A DNA stretch of 64,000 bases. Source: an uncultured Chloroflexia bacterium. GTDB taxonomy: Bacteria; Chloroflexota; Limnocylindria; Limnocylindrales; CSP1-4. The stretch covers positions 257,956-321,955 of the forward strand of contig CAVURK010000009.1 in the NCBI GenBank assembly GCA_963743855.1. The letters run 5' to 3'. Below the pieces are notes generated by a model, which had not been told where the DNA came from, did not search any database, and was given only the letters and a program-made list of their open reading frames with translations. Below, in pieces: positions 19,533 to 29,434 of the stretch. Position 1 is the stretch's first letter; each line of letters opens with the position of its first letter. The position numbers and the translations under genes are program-made.

Positions 19533-20095
19533 GCGAGTCCGGGATCCAGATCGGTGTCGCCCGGATCCGGGCAGGCGACGGTCGCGCCGCCGTCCTCCCC
19601 TCGACGAGCCGGCGATCCGCGCCGCCCTGACCGAGGTGATGGATCCCGAGCTCCCGATGCTCTCCGTCGTCGACCTCGGCATCGTCCACCGGGTCTCGGT
19701 CGCCCCCGATGGCGGTCCGATCCGGGTCGAGATCCTGCCGACCTTCGTCGGCTGCCCGGCGCTCGAGCTCATCAAGACGCGCGATCGCGGACCGTCTCGC
19801 GGCCTTCGGGCGTCCGGTCGAGGTCGACGCCACTTTCGAGATCCCGTGGACCAGCGATCGGATCAGCCCGGCGGGGCGCGCGGCGCTGCTCGCGGCGGGG
19901 ATCGCTCCACCGGCTGGACCCGGCCAGGACCGCGTCACCATGAGCACCCTCATCGACCTCGAGCCGCGCGTCCCGTGCCCGCATTGCGGCTCGCGGCGGA
20001 CGTCGATCGAGAACCTGTTCGGCCCGACGCAGTGCCGGACGATCCGCTACTGCGCCGATTGCCGCCAGCCGTTCGAAGCCATCAAGTCGGTCTGA
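19529..20095 (+). pseudogene. paaD: Phenylacetate-CoA oxygenase subunit PaaD, frameshifted at ~19780, with a tentative second shift at ~19598
   Basis: The conserved core IRAALTEVMDPELPMLSVVDLGIVH...PTFVGCPALELIK lies in one frame. AIADRLAAFG...PWTSDRISPAGRAALLAAGIAPP...CPHCGS...CADCRQPFEAIK lies in the next frame. The only coupled start (GTG 19529, a GTGA overlap with paaC) is in a third frame. Confidence 0.8.
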
Positions 20096-21219
20096 TGGGC
20101 GAGCCCGCGCCGGGGTCGTCGGGCGAGGTGCTGCCGGCCGTCGTCGGCATCGTCGGGGCCGGGACGATGGGCGCCGGGATCGGGCAGGTCGCGCTCGAGG
20201 CCGGCTGCGAGGTCGTGCTCTATGACGTCGACGACGCCGCCGTCGAGGGTGGCCGCGAGCGGATCCGCGACGGGCTGACGCGGCGCGCCCGGAAGCTGGA
20301 CCTCGATCCGGTCGGGATCGACACATGGGTGACCGAGCGCCTCGACCGTGTCCGCGACGTTCCGACCGTCGACGCGCTGGCCGACGAGGCCGACCTCGTG
20401 ATCGAGTCTGCGCTCGAGGATCTCGCCTTGAAGCAGGCGATCTTCCGGACGCTCGACGCGGTCGCCGGCGGCGACGTCATCCTCGCCACCAACACGAGCG
20501 CACTGTCGGTCGCCGAGATCGCCGAGGCCACAGAGAAGCCGGATCGCGTGGTCGGCCTCCACTTCTTCAATCCGGCACCGGTCATGGCCCTCGTCGAGGT
20601 CGTCGCGCCGCCGCTCGCGGATCCGCGGATCGTCGCCCGTGCCGCCGCGATCGTGACGGCCTGGGGCAAGACACCGGTCATCTGCGCGGATCGCCCGGGC
20701 TTCATCGTCAACCGGGTCAATCGGCCGTACACGATCGAGGCCCTGCGCATCCTCGAAGCGGGGGCGGCGACGGTGGCCGGGATCGACGCGGCGCTCCGCG
20801 ACGGCAGGCTTTCCCGATGGGCCCCTTCGAGCTCATGGACCTGACCGGCATCGACGTCACGCTGGCGGCGGCGACCGGGGTCTGGGAGGGCCTCGGGCGT
20901 CCCGACCGGCTGCGTCCGTCGCCGATCCAGGAGGGTCTCGTGTCCGCCGGTCACCTGGGACGCAAGACCGGCCAGGGCTTCTACCGGTACGACGACGGCA
21001 CGCGCGGTCGGCGAGGGAGATCTCCCGCCGATCTCCGGCTCGGGCGAGCGCCTGACCGCAGCACAGATCCGGACGCGGATCCTCGCGGCGATCGCCGCGG
21101 AGGCGCGGCTGGCCGCCGCGGAGGGCGTCGCTCCTCCGGATGTCATCGACCTCGCTCTGCGACTCGGCGCGGGACATCCGCGAGGGCCATTCGAATCCGC
21201 GCTCGACGCGCTGCCATAG
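20095..21219 (+). pseudogene. paaH: 3-hydroxyacyl-CoA dehydrogenase (PaaH-like), two frameshifts at ~20805 and ~21014
   Basis: Contains VGIVGAGTMGAGIG, LATNTSALS and HFFNPAPVM. FPMGPFELMDLTGIDV...GRKTGQGFYRY then follows in the -1 frame. The C-terminal repeat ...AEGVAPPDVIDLALRLGAGHPRGPFE returns to the first frame. Confidence 0.85.
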
Positions 21220-21249
21220 CCGCGGCCGACACCCCCCTACAATCGAGTC

Positions 21250-22475
<1,226 letters not shown>

Positions 22476-22477
<2 letters not shown>

Positions 22478-22497
22478 GGCCTCCCGGCGGAGGCCTC
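22476..22497. terminator. Perfect 9-bp GC-rich hairpin between convergent paaJ and the peptidase gene
   Basis: GAGGCCTCC-cggc-GGAGGCCTC overlaps the paaJ stop codon. No U-tract follows, so it is a weak intrinsic-terminator candidate. Confidence 0.4.
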
Positions 22498-22550
22498 AGA
22501 CCAGCCCATCTCGCTTCCGATCGCCGCCTAGCGGCTCTGGGGAAGGCGGA

Positions 22551-23639
22551 TCAGTTCGTCCAGCTCCCGCGTCCGGTGACCAGGTCGTAGCCGGGACGAC
22601 ACGACAGCCCGTTGTTGCCGGACGTGATGTCTCGATAGGTGATGCTGCTGCCGTAGACGTACGAGCTGTTGACGACGACACCGGCGACTGCCGACCGGGC
22701 GGCGATCATCGGCGACGAGGCGCTCGTCCCTCCGACCTGGAACCAGCCGCTTCGGCCCTGGGTGCGAGTGCTGTCATAGACGGAGACACCCGAGTTCGGG
22801 TCGGCGTCGAGCGAGATGTCCGGCGTGCCTCGCTTGTTGCCGCAGGCGACCTGACCGATGCCATAGCCCGCCTGGCCAGATGGCTGGATCTCGTACGCGC
22901 TGCAGCCTCCGCCCGAGCCACTCCAACCCGTCTCAGAGCTGACGGTGCCACCGCTGAAGTGAAGCGTGGTGCCACCCACCGAGATGACGTTGGGCGAGGC
23001 GGACGGGTACTCGGCCGGTGTCCCGGCGTCACCTGATGACACGAAGTAGCTGACGCCTGGAACGGCAAAGTGGCTGTCGTAGGCGTTCTCTCCGCTGAAC
23101 TCGGCGCCGCCCCAGCTGTTCGAGACGTAGCCCGCGTGAGCCCCGGCGTAATCCTCGGCGGCCAGGAGGTCGGTGAAGCTGTTGCTCGTGGCCTCGACGA
23201 GAAGGATCTTGGCACCTGGCGCGATCGCGTGAGCCCACTGGACGTCGAGGCTGATCTCGAGCGCCCAGCCGGCGTTCGTCTTCGGAAGCGCCGTTCCACC
23301 GGTCTGATTGACCTGGTTGAAGCAGCCGTTGGTTTTCGTGCATGCCGGCAGGCCGTACTGGCTGTCGAAGACAGCGAGGTCGGCCTCGGCAGTCGGGTCG
23401 TTGTAGGCATCGACGATGGCGATCGTCTTGCCCGCGCCGGCCGTCAGGCTCGTCGGGAAGGTGTACGCACTCTTGATGGTCGCAGGCGACAGGCCCGTCG
23501 GCGCCTTGGACGCATTCGGCTTCGCATGCAGGGGATGCGAGGCGTAGTGCTCGTGGGCGGAGCCGGCCAGAACGGTGGCCTGTCCGGCGAGGCTCAGGGC
23601 CAGAAAGAGGCCCGCGGCCAGAGCGAGTGGGCGTCGCAC
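22551..23639 (-). CDS. Secreted S8/S53-family (sedolisin-like) serine peptidase
   Basis: GAGGAG lies 8 nt before GTG 23639. The signal peptide is RRPLALAAGLFLALSLAGQATVLA. Motifs: TIAIVDAYNDP, SNSWGG and GGTSASSPM. Confidence 0.85.
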   Translation of the reverse strand: MRRPLALAAGLFLALSLAGQATVLAGSAHEHYASHPLHAKPNASKAPTGLSPATIKSAYTFPTSLTAGAGKTIAIVDAYNDPTAEADLAVFDSQYGLPACTKTNGCFNQVNQTGGTALPKTNAGWALEISLDVQWAHAIAPGAKILLVEATSNSFTDLLAAEDYAGAHAGYVSNSWGGAEFSGENAYDSHFAVPGVSYFVSSGDAGTPAEYPSASPNVISVGGTTLHFSGGTVSSETGWSGSGGGCSAYEIQPSGQAGYGIGQVACGNKRGTPDISLDADPNSGVSVYDSTRTQGRSGWFQVGGTSASSPMIAARSAVAGVVVNSSYVYGSSITYRDITSGNNGLSCRPGYDLVTGRGSWTN

Positions 23640-23943
23640 GCGATGTTCTCCTCGTATACCACTTGGGATCGCAGCTGAAGTAGCGGGATCGTACGCCGCG
23701 GCAGGGGCGATGGCCAGACACGCGGTGCGGCTTGACACCAGGCATTCGTGGCTCCAGCCGACCCCTGTTGGCTCGTCCCTAGGACGCCGTCGGGGAAGGG
23801 CTCGACTGCGTGGTTCTGAAATCGATCTCCCGCTTGGGGTCGGAGTCGCCATCGCGACACGGGGGAAGATGGAACGACGACCTTGCTGCGCGACTCATGA
23901 TGGGTAACGGCGGTCACCGAGGCCACCATGAGCCGGATGTCCG

Positions 23944-24504
23944 ATGCAGCGAGACCTCGTCCTTCGCGCCAGCAACGGTGACCACGACGCCTTCACGGTG
24001 CTCGCGGCCGACGCGTTCGACCGACTGCACCGGACCGCGAGGCTGATCCTGCGAAGCGACGAGCTGGCGGCCGATGCCGTCCAGGAGACGCTCCTTGCCG
24101 CCTGGCTGCATATCCGCGCCGTCCGCGACCCCGATCGCTTCGACGCCTGGCTCCATCGGCTGCTCGTCAACGCGTGCTATCGGGAGGCACGGCGAGGCAA
24201 GCGGCGCAACGTCGTGGAGATCCACATGACGACCCCGCCCGAAGCGCCCGGGGATGGCGACACACAGGACCGCACCGCGACGCGCGATCTGTTGGAGCGT
24301 GGCTTTCGTCGCCTGACACCCGAGCAGCGCGCCGTCCTCGTCGTCCACCATTACTTGAGCCTGTCGGACGCCGAGGCGGCAGTCGTCCTCGACATCGCGC
24401 TGGGCACGTTCAAGTCGAGGCTCAACCGAGCCTCCGCAGCCCTTCGCGCAGCGATCGACGCGGATGAGCGCGCACCGATCGTCGTCAGGGAGTCGATCGC
24501 ATGA
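23944..24504 (+). CDS. ECF-type RNA polymerase sigma-70 factor
   Basis: Region 2 (DAVQETLLAAW...FDAWLHRLLVNAC) and region 4 (LTPEQRAVLVVHHYLSLSDAEAAVVLDIALGTFKSRLNRA). Confidence 0.9.
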   Translation: MQRDLVLRASNGDHDAFTVLAADAFDRLHRTARLILRSDELAADAVQETLLAAWLHIRAVRDPDRFDAWLHRLLVNACYREARRGKRRNVVEIHMTTPPEAPGDGDTQDRTATRDLLERGFRRLTPEQRAVLVVHHYLSLSDAEAAVVLDIALGTFKSRLNRASAALRAAIDADERAPIVVRESIA

Positions 24505-25850
24505 CCGATCACGACGACTTCGATCGGACCCTGGGCGGCTGGTTCGAAGCCGAGGCCTTGTCGCCCGCGCCGCTCGGGGATCTCGACCGCGTCCTCGACG
24601 CCACGCGTCGCCGCCGGCCACGACCCGGGTGGTTGTCCGGTCTCGGGAGCGACTGGGTGGGGGAGGCGCCCGATGCCGCCTCGACCTTCGGCGGGCGCTC
24701 GCTCACGCGAACGGGAATGCCCTGGCCGGTCTTCCTCGTCCTGCTGCTGGTGGTCGCAGCCCTCGTGGGTGGCGCGATCCTCATCGGAGCCCGACTGTTC
24801 CAGCCCTCGCCACTGCCCACGGGAGGGATCGGGCACCTTGCCTATGGCGTCGACGGCGACATCTTCATTTCGGACTGGGATGGCCGGAACCCGGTCAAGA
24901 TCGCGGATGGCGCCTCCGATGGCGGGCCGACGGTATGCGACAGCGACTGGGGTGAAGGTTCCATGTGGTCGCCCGACGGCCGCCATCTCGCCTATCGATC
25001 ATCTTCGGGCGAGCGTTCAGCCTCGGGCGACCCTTGTGGCGGGGTCGTGGTGATCACCGACCCGGTGAACAAGTCGGTTGCCTCATTCCCAGGCGACGGC
25101 TGGCTCGTCTCCTGGTCGCCTGATTCGACCCGCGTGGCCACTTGGGTCGACCTGGGGAAGACCATCGGCATCTACGGGTTCGATGGCGGCCGTCAGGCGC
25201 TGCTCACGGTGCCTACGGGCTGTGCGGACCCGGGCGATTTCGACCCCGTGTGGTCCGCCGATGGGACGTCGCTCGTGATCGCCGGCTGCGTGGTGCCCCT
25301 AGACGGTGGCCCACCAGGTCGCGCACCCGCGAATGACCCACGTTCGCATTGGGACTTGGCTGGTTCCAGCGACGGGTCTCGGTTCGCATACATCGACTAC
25401 CCGGGGTCGGTGTCCCTCGTGATCGCCAAGGCAAGTGGCACCCAGCTCCGAGTCCTTGCTGGAGCCCGAACCCCGGACAGCGGCGGAGGTCCCGGGGCCG
25501 CCTACGAGCACCCGGTGTTTTCCGCGACAGGCGACCGTGTCACGTTCATCTGGAGCCCTGCCCTCTACGACGAGGCGTCAAACCCATCGTTGATCGTCGA
25601 CGAGATCTTCGAAGTCCGCGTGGTCGACGTCGCGACTGGAGAGATGACGACGCTTGCCAGCGCGAGTGGTGGCAACCACCTCGATGTCCTTGGATTTTCA
25701 CCGGAGGGGGACCGCGTCCTTTTCTCCAGATCGGACGTCAACTACCAAGGGACGTCTCTCTGGAGCGCCAAGACGGACGGCTCCGACCCCCAGGAGCTCG
25801 TCACGGGGACCAACTGGGGCGACTGGCAAACGGTGCAGGCCGGGCGGTGA
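24501..25850 (+). CDS. Membrane-anchored anti-sigma-like protein with extracytoplasmic PD40/TolB-type beta-propeller repeats
   Basis: ATGA overlap with the sigma gene. There is one TM helix (WPVFLVLLLVVAALVGGAILIGA) and six repeats: WSPDGRHLAY, WSPDSTRVA, WSADGTSLV, SSDGSRFAY, SATGDRVTF and FSPEGDRVLF. Confidence 0.7.
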   Translation: MTDHDDFDRTLGGWFEAEALSPAPLGDLDRVLDATRRRRPRPGWLSGLGSDWVGEAPDAASTFGGRSLTRTGMPWPVFLVLLLVVAALVGGAILIGARLFQPSPLPTGGIGHLAYGVDGDIFISDWDGRNPVKIADGASDGGPTVCDSDWGEGSMWSPDGRHLAYRSSSGERSASGDPCGGVVVITDPVNKSVASFPGDGWLVSWSPDSTRVATWVDLGKTIGIYGFDGGRQALLTVPTGCADPGDFDPVWSADGTSLVIAGCVVPLDGGPPGRAPANDPRSHWDLAGSSDGSRFAYIDYPGSVSLVIAKASGTQLRVLAGARTPDSGGGPGAAYEHPVFSATGDRVTFIWSPALYDEASNPSLIVDEIFEVRVVDVATGEMTTLASASGGNHLDVLGFSPEGDRVLFSRSDVNYQGTSLWSAKTDGSDPQELVTGTNWGDWQTVQAGR

Positions 25851-26002
25851 CACGTCTGAGGCGGAGCGATGGCGCCTTGCCTGGTACGAGAGTTTCGGCG
25901 CGTACGCTTGTCGAAACCCGTTGTCGTGCGTACGATGTGCGTGCACCGGAGATCCGGAGCCACTGAACGCAGCTTTCCATCCCTCCCGGAGGAGCAAGCC
26001 CG

Positions 26003-26386
26003 ATGATCGAACAGCAGCCGACGACCGTGGTCTCGCTCACCGACGCCGCGATCGGGAAGCTCACCGAGCTCACCCGTGAAGAGACCAATCCGGCGATCGG
26101 GCTGCGCGTCTACGTCTATTCCGGCGGCTGCTCCGGCTTCCGCTACGGGATGATGCTCGAAGACGCCCCGACCCCCGAGGACCGCGTCATGGACGTGAGC
26201 GGGATCAAGGTCTACGTCGACGGCCAGAGCGTCGACCTCCTCAGCGGATCGCAGATCGACTACGTCGACACGCTGATGGGCGCCGGCTTCACGGTCAACA
26301 ACCCGAACGCGGTCGCCGCCTGCGGCTGCGGCTCGAGCTTCCGGACCGCCGACGACGGTGGCGCACCAAAGGGCTGCTCGCACTGA
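26003..26386 (+). CDS. erpA: Iron-sulfur cluster insertion protein (HesB/IscA/ErpA family)
   Basis: Contains GGCSGFRYGM and the C-terminal NPNAVAACGCGSSF. Confidence 0.9.
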   Translation: MIEQQPTTVVSLTDAAIGKLTELTREETNPAIGLRVYVYSGGCSGFRYGMMLEDAPTPEDRVMDVSGIKVYVDGQSVDLLSGSQIDYVDTLMGAGFTVNNPNAVAACGCGSSFRTADDGGAPKGCSH

Positions 26387-26590
26387 CGACCGCCGGCCGG
26401 GAGGCCGGAGCCACGAATGACGACCACGACCCACGAGCCGCCGGGCGACCGGCGGCTTCGTCGTTTCTGGCAGACGCGCGGTGATCGGCAGGACCATCGG
26501 GGCCGCGCCCGCCTGCCGCGACCGGGCTAGACTCCGGTTCGGAGGCCGCCCGGGCCATCCGTCTCATACCGAAGCGCGAGGGGAAGGCCG

Positions 26591-27439
26591 ATGCAGATCC
26601 CGCTCTTCCCGCTGCACACGGTCCTCTGTCCGGGCATCGTCCTGCCCCTCCACATCTTCGAGGATCGCTACCGCGCACTGACGCGCCACTGTCTCGATAA
26701 CGGGGCGCCGTTCGGCGTCGTCCTGATCCGCGAGGGCCTCGAGGCCGGTCCCGGGCGGACGCTCGCGCTGGCCGGTGTCGGAGCCCTGGTCGAGATCCGC
26801 GAAGCGGGCCGTTATCCGGACGGCCGCTACGACCTGCTGGCGGCGGCGACGGGCCGATTCGCCATCGATGCGGTCGATCCCGGGCGTGAGCCCTACCTGG
26901 TCGCCGACGTCACGCCGCTCGAGGACGAGATCGGTGACGAAGCGCGCGCCGAACGCTTGGCAGCCTCGGCCATCCGCCGTTTCGTCCGCTACCTCGAGCT
27001 GATGCGGGCTCGCGACGGCGAGACGACCGAAGCGCTCGACATCCGCGTCGAGGTCGACGCCAGCCGCTCCGACGATGACATCGAATCCGACGACGACGAT
27101 GACGACGCCGACGACGAGTCGATCGTCGATGACGTCCCCGATGACGACGTCGAGGCCCAACCGGGGGCATTGGAGATCGAGTCCATCGGACGGAGCGCCG
27201 GGACGGAACGGCGGAGCGATCTCGTCATCCCCGACGACCCGACCGTGCTGTCGTACCTGCTGTCGGGGATCGTCCAGATCGAGCTGCCGCGCCGCCAGGC
27301 ACTGCTCGAGGCGGCCACGACGGTCGAACGTCTCGGGGCCCTGATCAAGCTCCTCGATCGCGAGGTCCTGCTGCTCGGGAGCCGGCTGCGGTTGTTCGCG
27401 CCTGATCCTCGGCTGCTTCGCGGTGCGCGTCGGAGCTAG
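26591..27439 (+). CDS. LON N-terminal substrate-binding-domain protein with an acidic insertion
   Basis: IPLFPLHTVLCPGIVLPLHIFEDRYR...FGVVLIREG is the Lon-N/PUA-like fold. A tract of about 33 aa rich in Asp/Glu lies at nt 27056-27154. Confidence 0.8.
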   Translation: MQIPLFPLHTVLCPGIVLPLHIFEDRYRALTRHCLDNGAPFGVVLIREGLEAGPGRTLALAGVGALVEIREAGRYPDGRYDLLAAATGRFAIDAVDPGREPYLVADVTPLEDEIGDEARAERLAASAIRRFVRYLELMRARDGETTEALDIRVEVDASRSDDDIESDDDDDDADDESIVDDVPDDDVEAQPGALEIESIGRSAGTERRSDLVIPDDPTVLSYLLSGIVQIELPRRQALLEAATTVERLGALIKLLDREVLLLGSRLRLFAPDPRLLRGARRS

Positions 27440-28224
27440 CGCGCCTCGAACGAGCGCTTGGAGAGGCCGTAGAAGTAGCCCTCGATCGTGAAATCGGGAG
27501 CGTCGTCCGGCTTCGCGACGGCGCCGAGCGTGACGAACAGCGGGGCGAAGTGTTCGACGGTCGGGTGCGCGAACGGCATCCCGGGCGCCTTCTCGCGGAA
27601 GGCGAACAGCTCGTCGATGTCGCCGCGGACAAGCGCCTCGGTCGCCCACTGGTCGAAGTCGATCGACCACTGGGGCGCCCCCGGCTTGCCCATGAAGTAC
27701 TCGTGGACGAACGGCAGCCCGTGGGTCAGGAACCCGCTCCCGACGATCAGCACGCCCTCGTCCCGGAGCGGAGCGAGCCGTCGCCCGACGTCGAACAGGT
27801 GCTGCGGATCGAGGTCGGGCATCGACATCTGGAGGACCGGGATGTCGGCATCGGGGTACATCGCCTTGAGCGGGACCCAGGCGCCGTGGTCGAGGCCGCG
27901 CGTCTCGCGCTCGAGGACCGGCTCATTGGCGGGCATCAGGCCCCGGACCTTGGCGGCCAGGTCGGGCGCGCCGGGCGCGTCGTAGGTCATCTCGTAGTAG
28001 TGCTGCGGGAACCCGTAGAAGTCGTAGACGAGCGGGACCGGCCGCGTTGCGCTCAGGGCGATCGGCGCCGTCTGCCAGTGGGCACTGACGATGAGGATCG
28101 CGCTCGGACGGGGGAGCGAGCCGCCCCAGTCGCCGAGCTCGCCCATCCATTCGGCGTCCTCGAGGAGCGGCGGGGCGCCGTGGCCCAGGTAGATGGCCGG
28201 CATCGGCTTTGTCTGTTCGGTCAT
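27436..28224 (-). CDS. Class III extradiol dioxygenase (4,5-DOPA dioxygenase/YgiD-like)
   Basis: Starts at the internal ATG (MTEQTKPMPAIYLGHGAPP). Contains VSAHWQT, LDHGAWVPL and GSGFLTHG. Confidence 0.85.
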   Translation of the reverse strand: MTEQTKPMPAIYLGHGAPPLLEDAEWMGELGDWGGSLPRPSAILIVSAHWQTAPIALSATRPVPLVYDFYGFPQHYYEMTYDAPGAPDLAAKVRGLMPANEPVLERETRGLDHGAWVPLKAMYPDADIPVLQMSMPDLDPQHLFDVGRRLAPLRDEGVLIVGSGFLTHGLPFVHEYFMGKPGAPQWSIDFDQWATEALVRGDIDELFAFREKAPGMPFAHPTVEHFAPLFVTLGAVAKPDDAPDFTIEGYFYGLSKRSFEAR

Positions 28225-28290
28225 CGCCGTAGTCTGCCAGCAGATCGGACCGAGCGCTCCCGGACCGGCCCCTGCACAGCGCCGCAAACC

Positions 28291-28316
28291 GTTGTCAAGA
28301 ATTTGCATACAATGTT
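28291..28316 (+). promoter_or_regulatory. AT-rich promoter/operator island upstream of the LacI gene (possible leaderless start)
   Basis: The sequence is GTTGTCAAGAATTTGCATACAATGTT. TACAAT (28308-28313) ends 6 nt before ATG 28320. It shares TTGCAT and CAAGAA/TTCTTG cores with the island at 29383-29412. Confidence 0.35.
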
Positions 28317-28319
28317 GGC

Positions 28320-29330
28320 ATGACACGACGGCTTGCAGAGGTGGCGCGCAAGGTCGGGGTGAGCGAGGCGACGGTCAGTCGCGTGCTCAACGGCAAGCCC
28401 GGCGTCGCTGAGCCCACCCGCCAGGCGGTGCTCACCGCCCTCGATGTCCTCGGGTACGAGCGTCCATCCAAGCTGCGTGGCGAGCGGGCCCGACTGGTCG
28501 GTCTCGTCCTGCCCGAGCTGCAGAACCCGATCTTCCCGGCATTCGCCGAGGTGATGGGCGTCGCCCTCGCCCAGCGCGGCTTCACCCCGGTCCTGTGCAC
28601 GCAGACCGCGGGTGGCGTGTCCGAGGCGGACTACGTCGAGCTCCTGCTCCAGCAGCAGGTCTCGGGCGTCGTCTTCGCGGGCGGCCTGTACGCGCAGGAG
28701 GATGCGCCGCACGGCCACTACGCCCGTCTCGCCGAACGCGGTCTGCCGACGGTCCTGGTCAATGCCTCGATCGATGGCCTCGGCTTCCCACGCGTCTCGT
28801 GCGACGATTCGGTCGCCGTCGAGCAGGCGATGGGCCATCTCCTGTCGCTCGGTCATACCCGGATCGGCGTCCTGGCCGGCCCGGCCGACCACATCCCCTC
28901 GCGCCGCAAGCTGGCGGCCGCCCATGTCGTCGCGAAGAAGGCCGGCCTCCCGCTCGGACCGGATCGGATCGCCCATGCCTGGTATTCGATCGAGGCCGCG
29001 CAGGCCGGAGCCGCCCGGCTGATCGACGCGGGGATGACCGGGATCCTGTGCGCCAGTGACCTGATGGCGCTCGGCGCGATCCGCGCGGCGAAGAGGGCAG
29101 GGCGCAGCGTGCCGGGTGACGTCTCGATCATCGGCTTCGACGATTCGTTCCTGATGAACTGCACCGAGCCGCCGCTGACCACGGTCCGGCAACCGATCGA
29201 GCCGATGTCGCGCATGGTGATCGAGCTGCTCGCCCAGCAGGTCGCGGGGCAGGCGATCCAGCACGACGAGCTGCTGTTCGAACCCGAGCTCGTGGTTCGC
29301 GCCTCGACCGGCCCCGCCCCGGCCCTGTAG
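28320..29330 (+). CDS. LacI-family transcriptional regulator
   Basis: HTH LAEVARKVGVSEATVSRVLNGKPGV, followed by a periplasmic-binding-protein-like effector domain (IIGFDD). Confidence 0.9.
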   Translation: MTRRLAEVARKVGVSEATVSRVLNGKPGVAEPTRQAVLTALDVLGYERPSKLRGERARLVGLVLPELQNPIFPAFAEVMGVALAQRGFTPVLCTQTAGGVSEADYVELLLQQQVSGVVFAGGLYAQEDAPHGHYARLAERGLPTVLVNASIDGLGFPRVSCDDSVAVEQAMGHLLSLGHTRIGVLAGPADHIPSRRKLAAAHVVAKKAGLPLGPDRIAHAWYSIEAAQAGAARLIDAGMTGILCASDLMALGAIRAAKRAGRSVPGDVSIIGFDDSFLMNCTEPPLTTVRQPIEPMSRMVIELLAQQVAGQAIQHDELLFEPELVVRASTGPAPAL

Positions 29331-29382
29331 GCGCCCGCCTCTCGCCCCTGTTTGCGGCGGGATTTCTGCCAAGTTTCCCCCG

Positions 29383-29412
29383 GTAAATGTTTAGTTCTTG
29401 CATTGTGTTGTC
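29383..29412 (+). promoter_or_regulatory. AT-rich candidate operator/promoter upstream of the alpha-glucosidase gene
   Basis: GTAAATGTTTAGTTCTTGCATTGTGTTGTC is a conspicuous AT-rich patch in ~70% GC DNA. It shares TTCTTG and TTGCAT with the lacI-upstream island. Confidence 0.3.
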
Positions 29413-29434
29413 GAGTCGTGTACCTTGCCGACCC

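Noticed and set aside
19529-21219. A hidden paaE (ferredoxin-reductase) gene between paaD and paaJ
   Set aside because: The whole interval is accounted for by paaD and a two-domain 3-hydroxyacyl-CoA dehydrogenase once the frameshifts are bridged. No 2Fe-2S or FNR-like motifs appear in any frame.
27056-27154. GAC/GAT-rich stretch as a tandem-repeat/VNTR locus
   Set aside because: The repeats are imperfect at the nucleotide level and lie in frame within a coding sequence. I treat the stretch as a coding poly-acidic tract rather than a structured DNA repeat.
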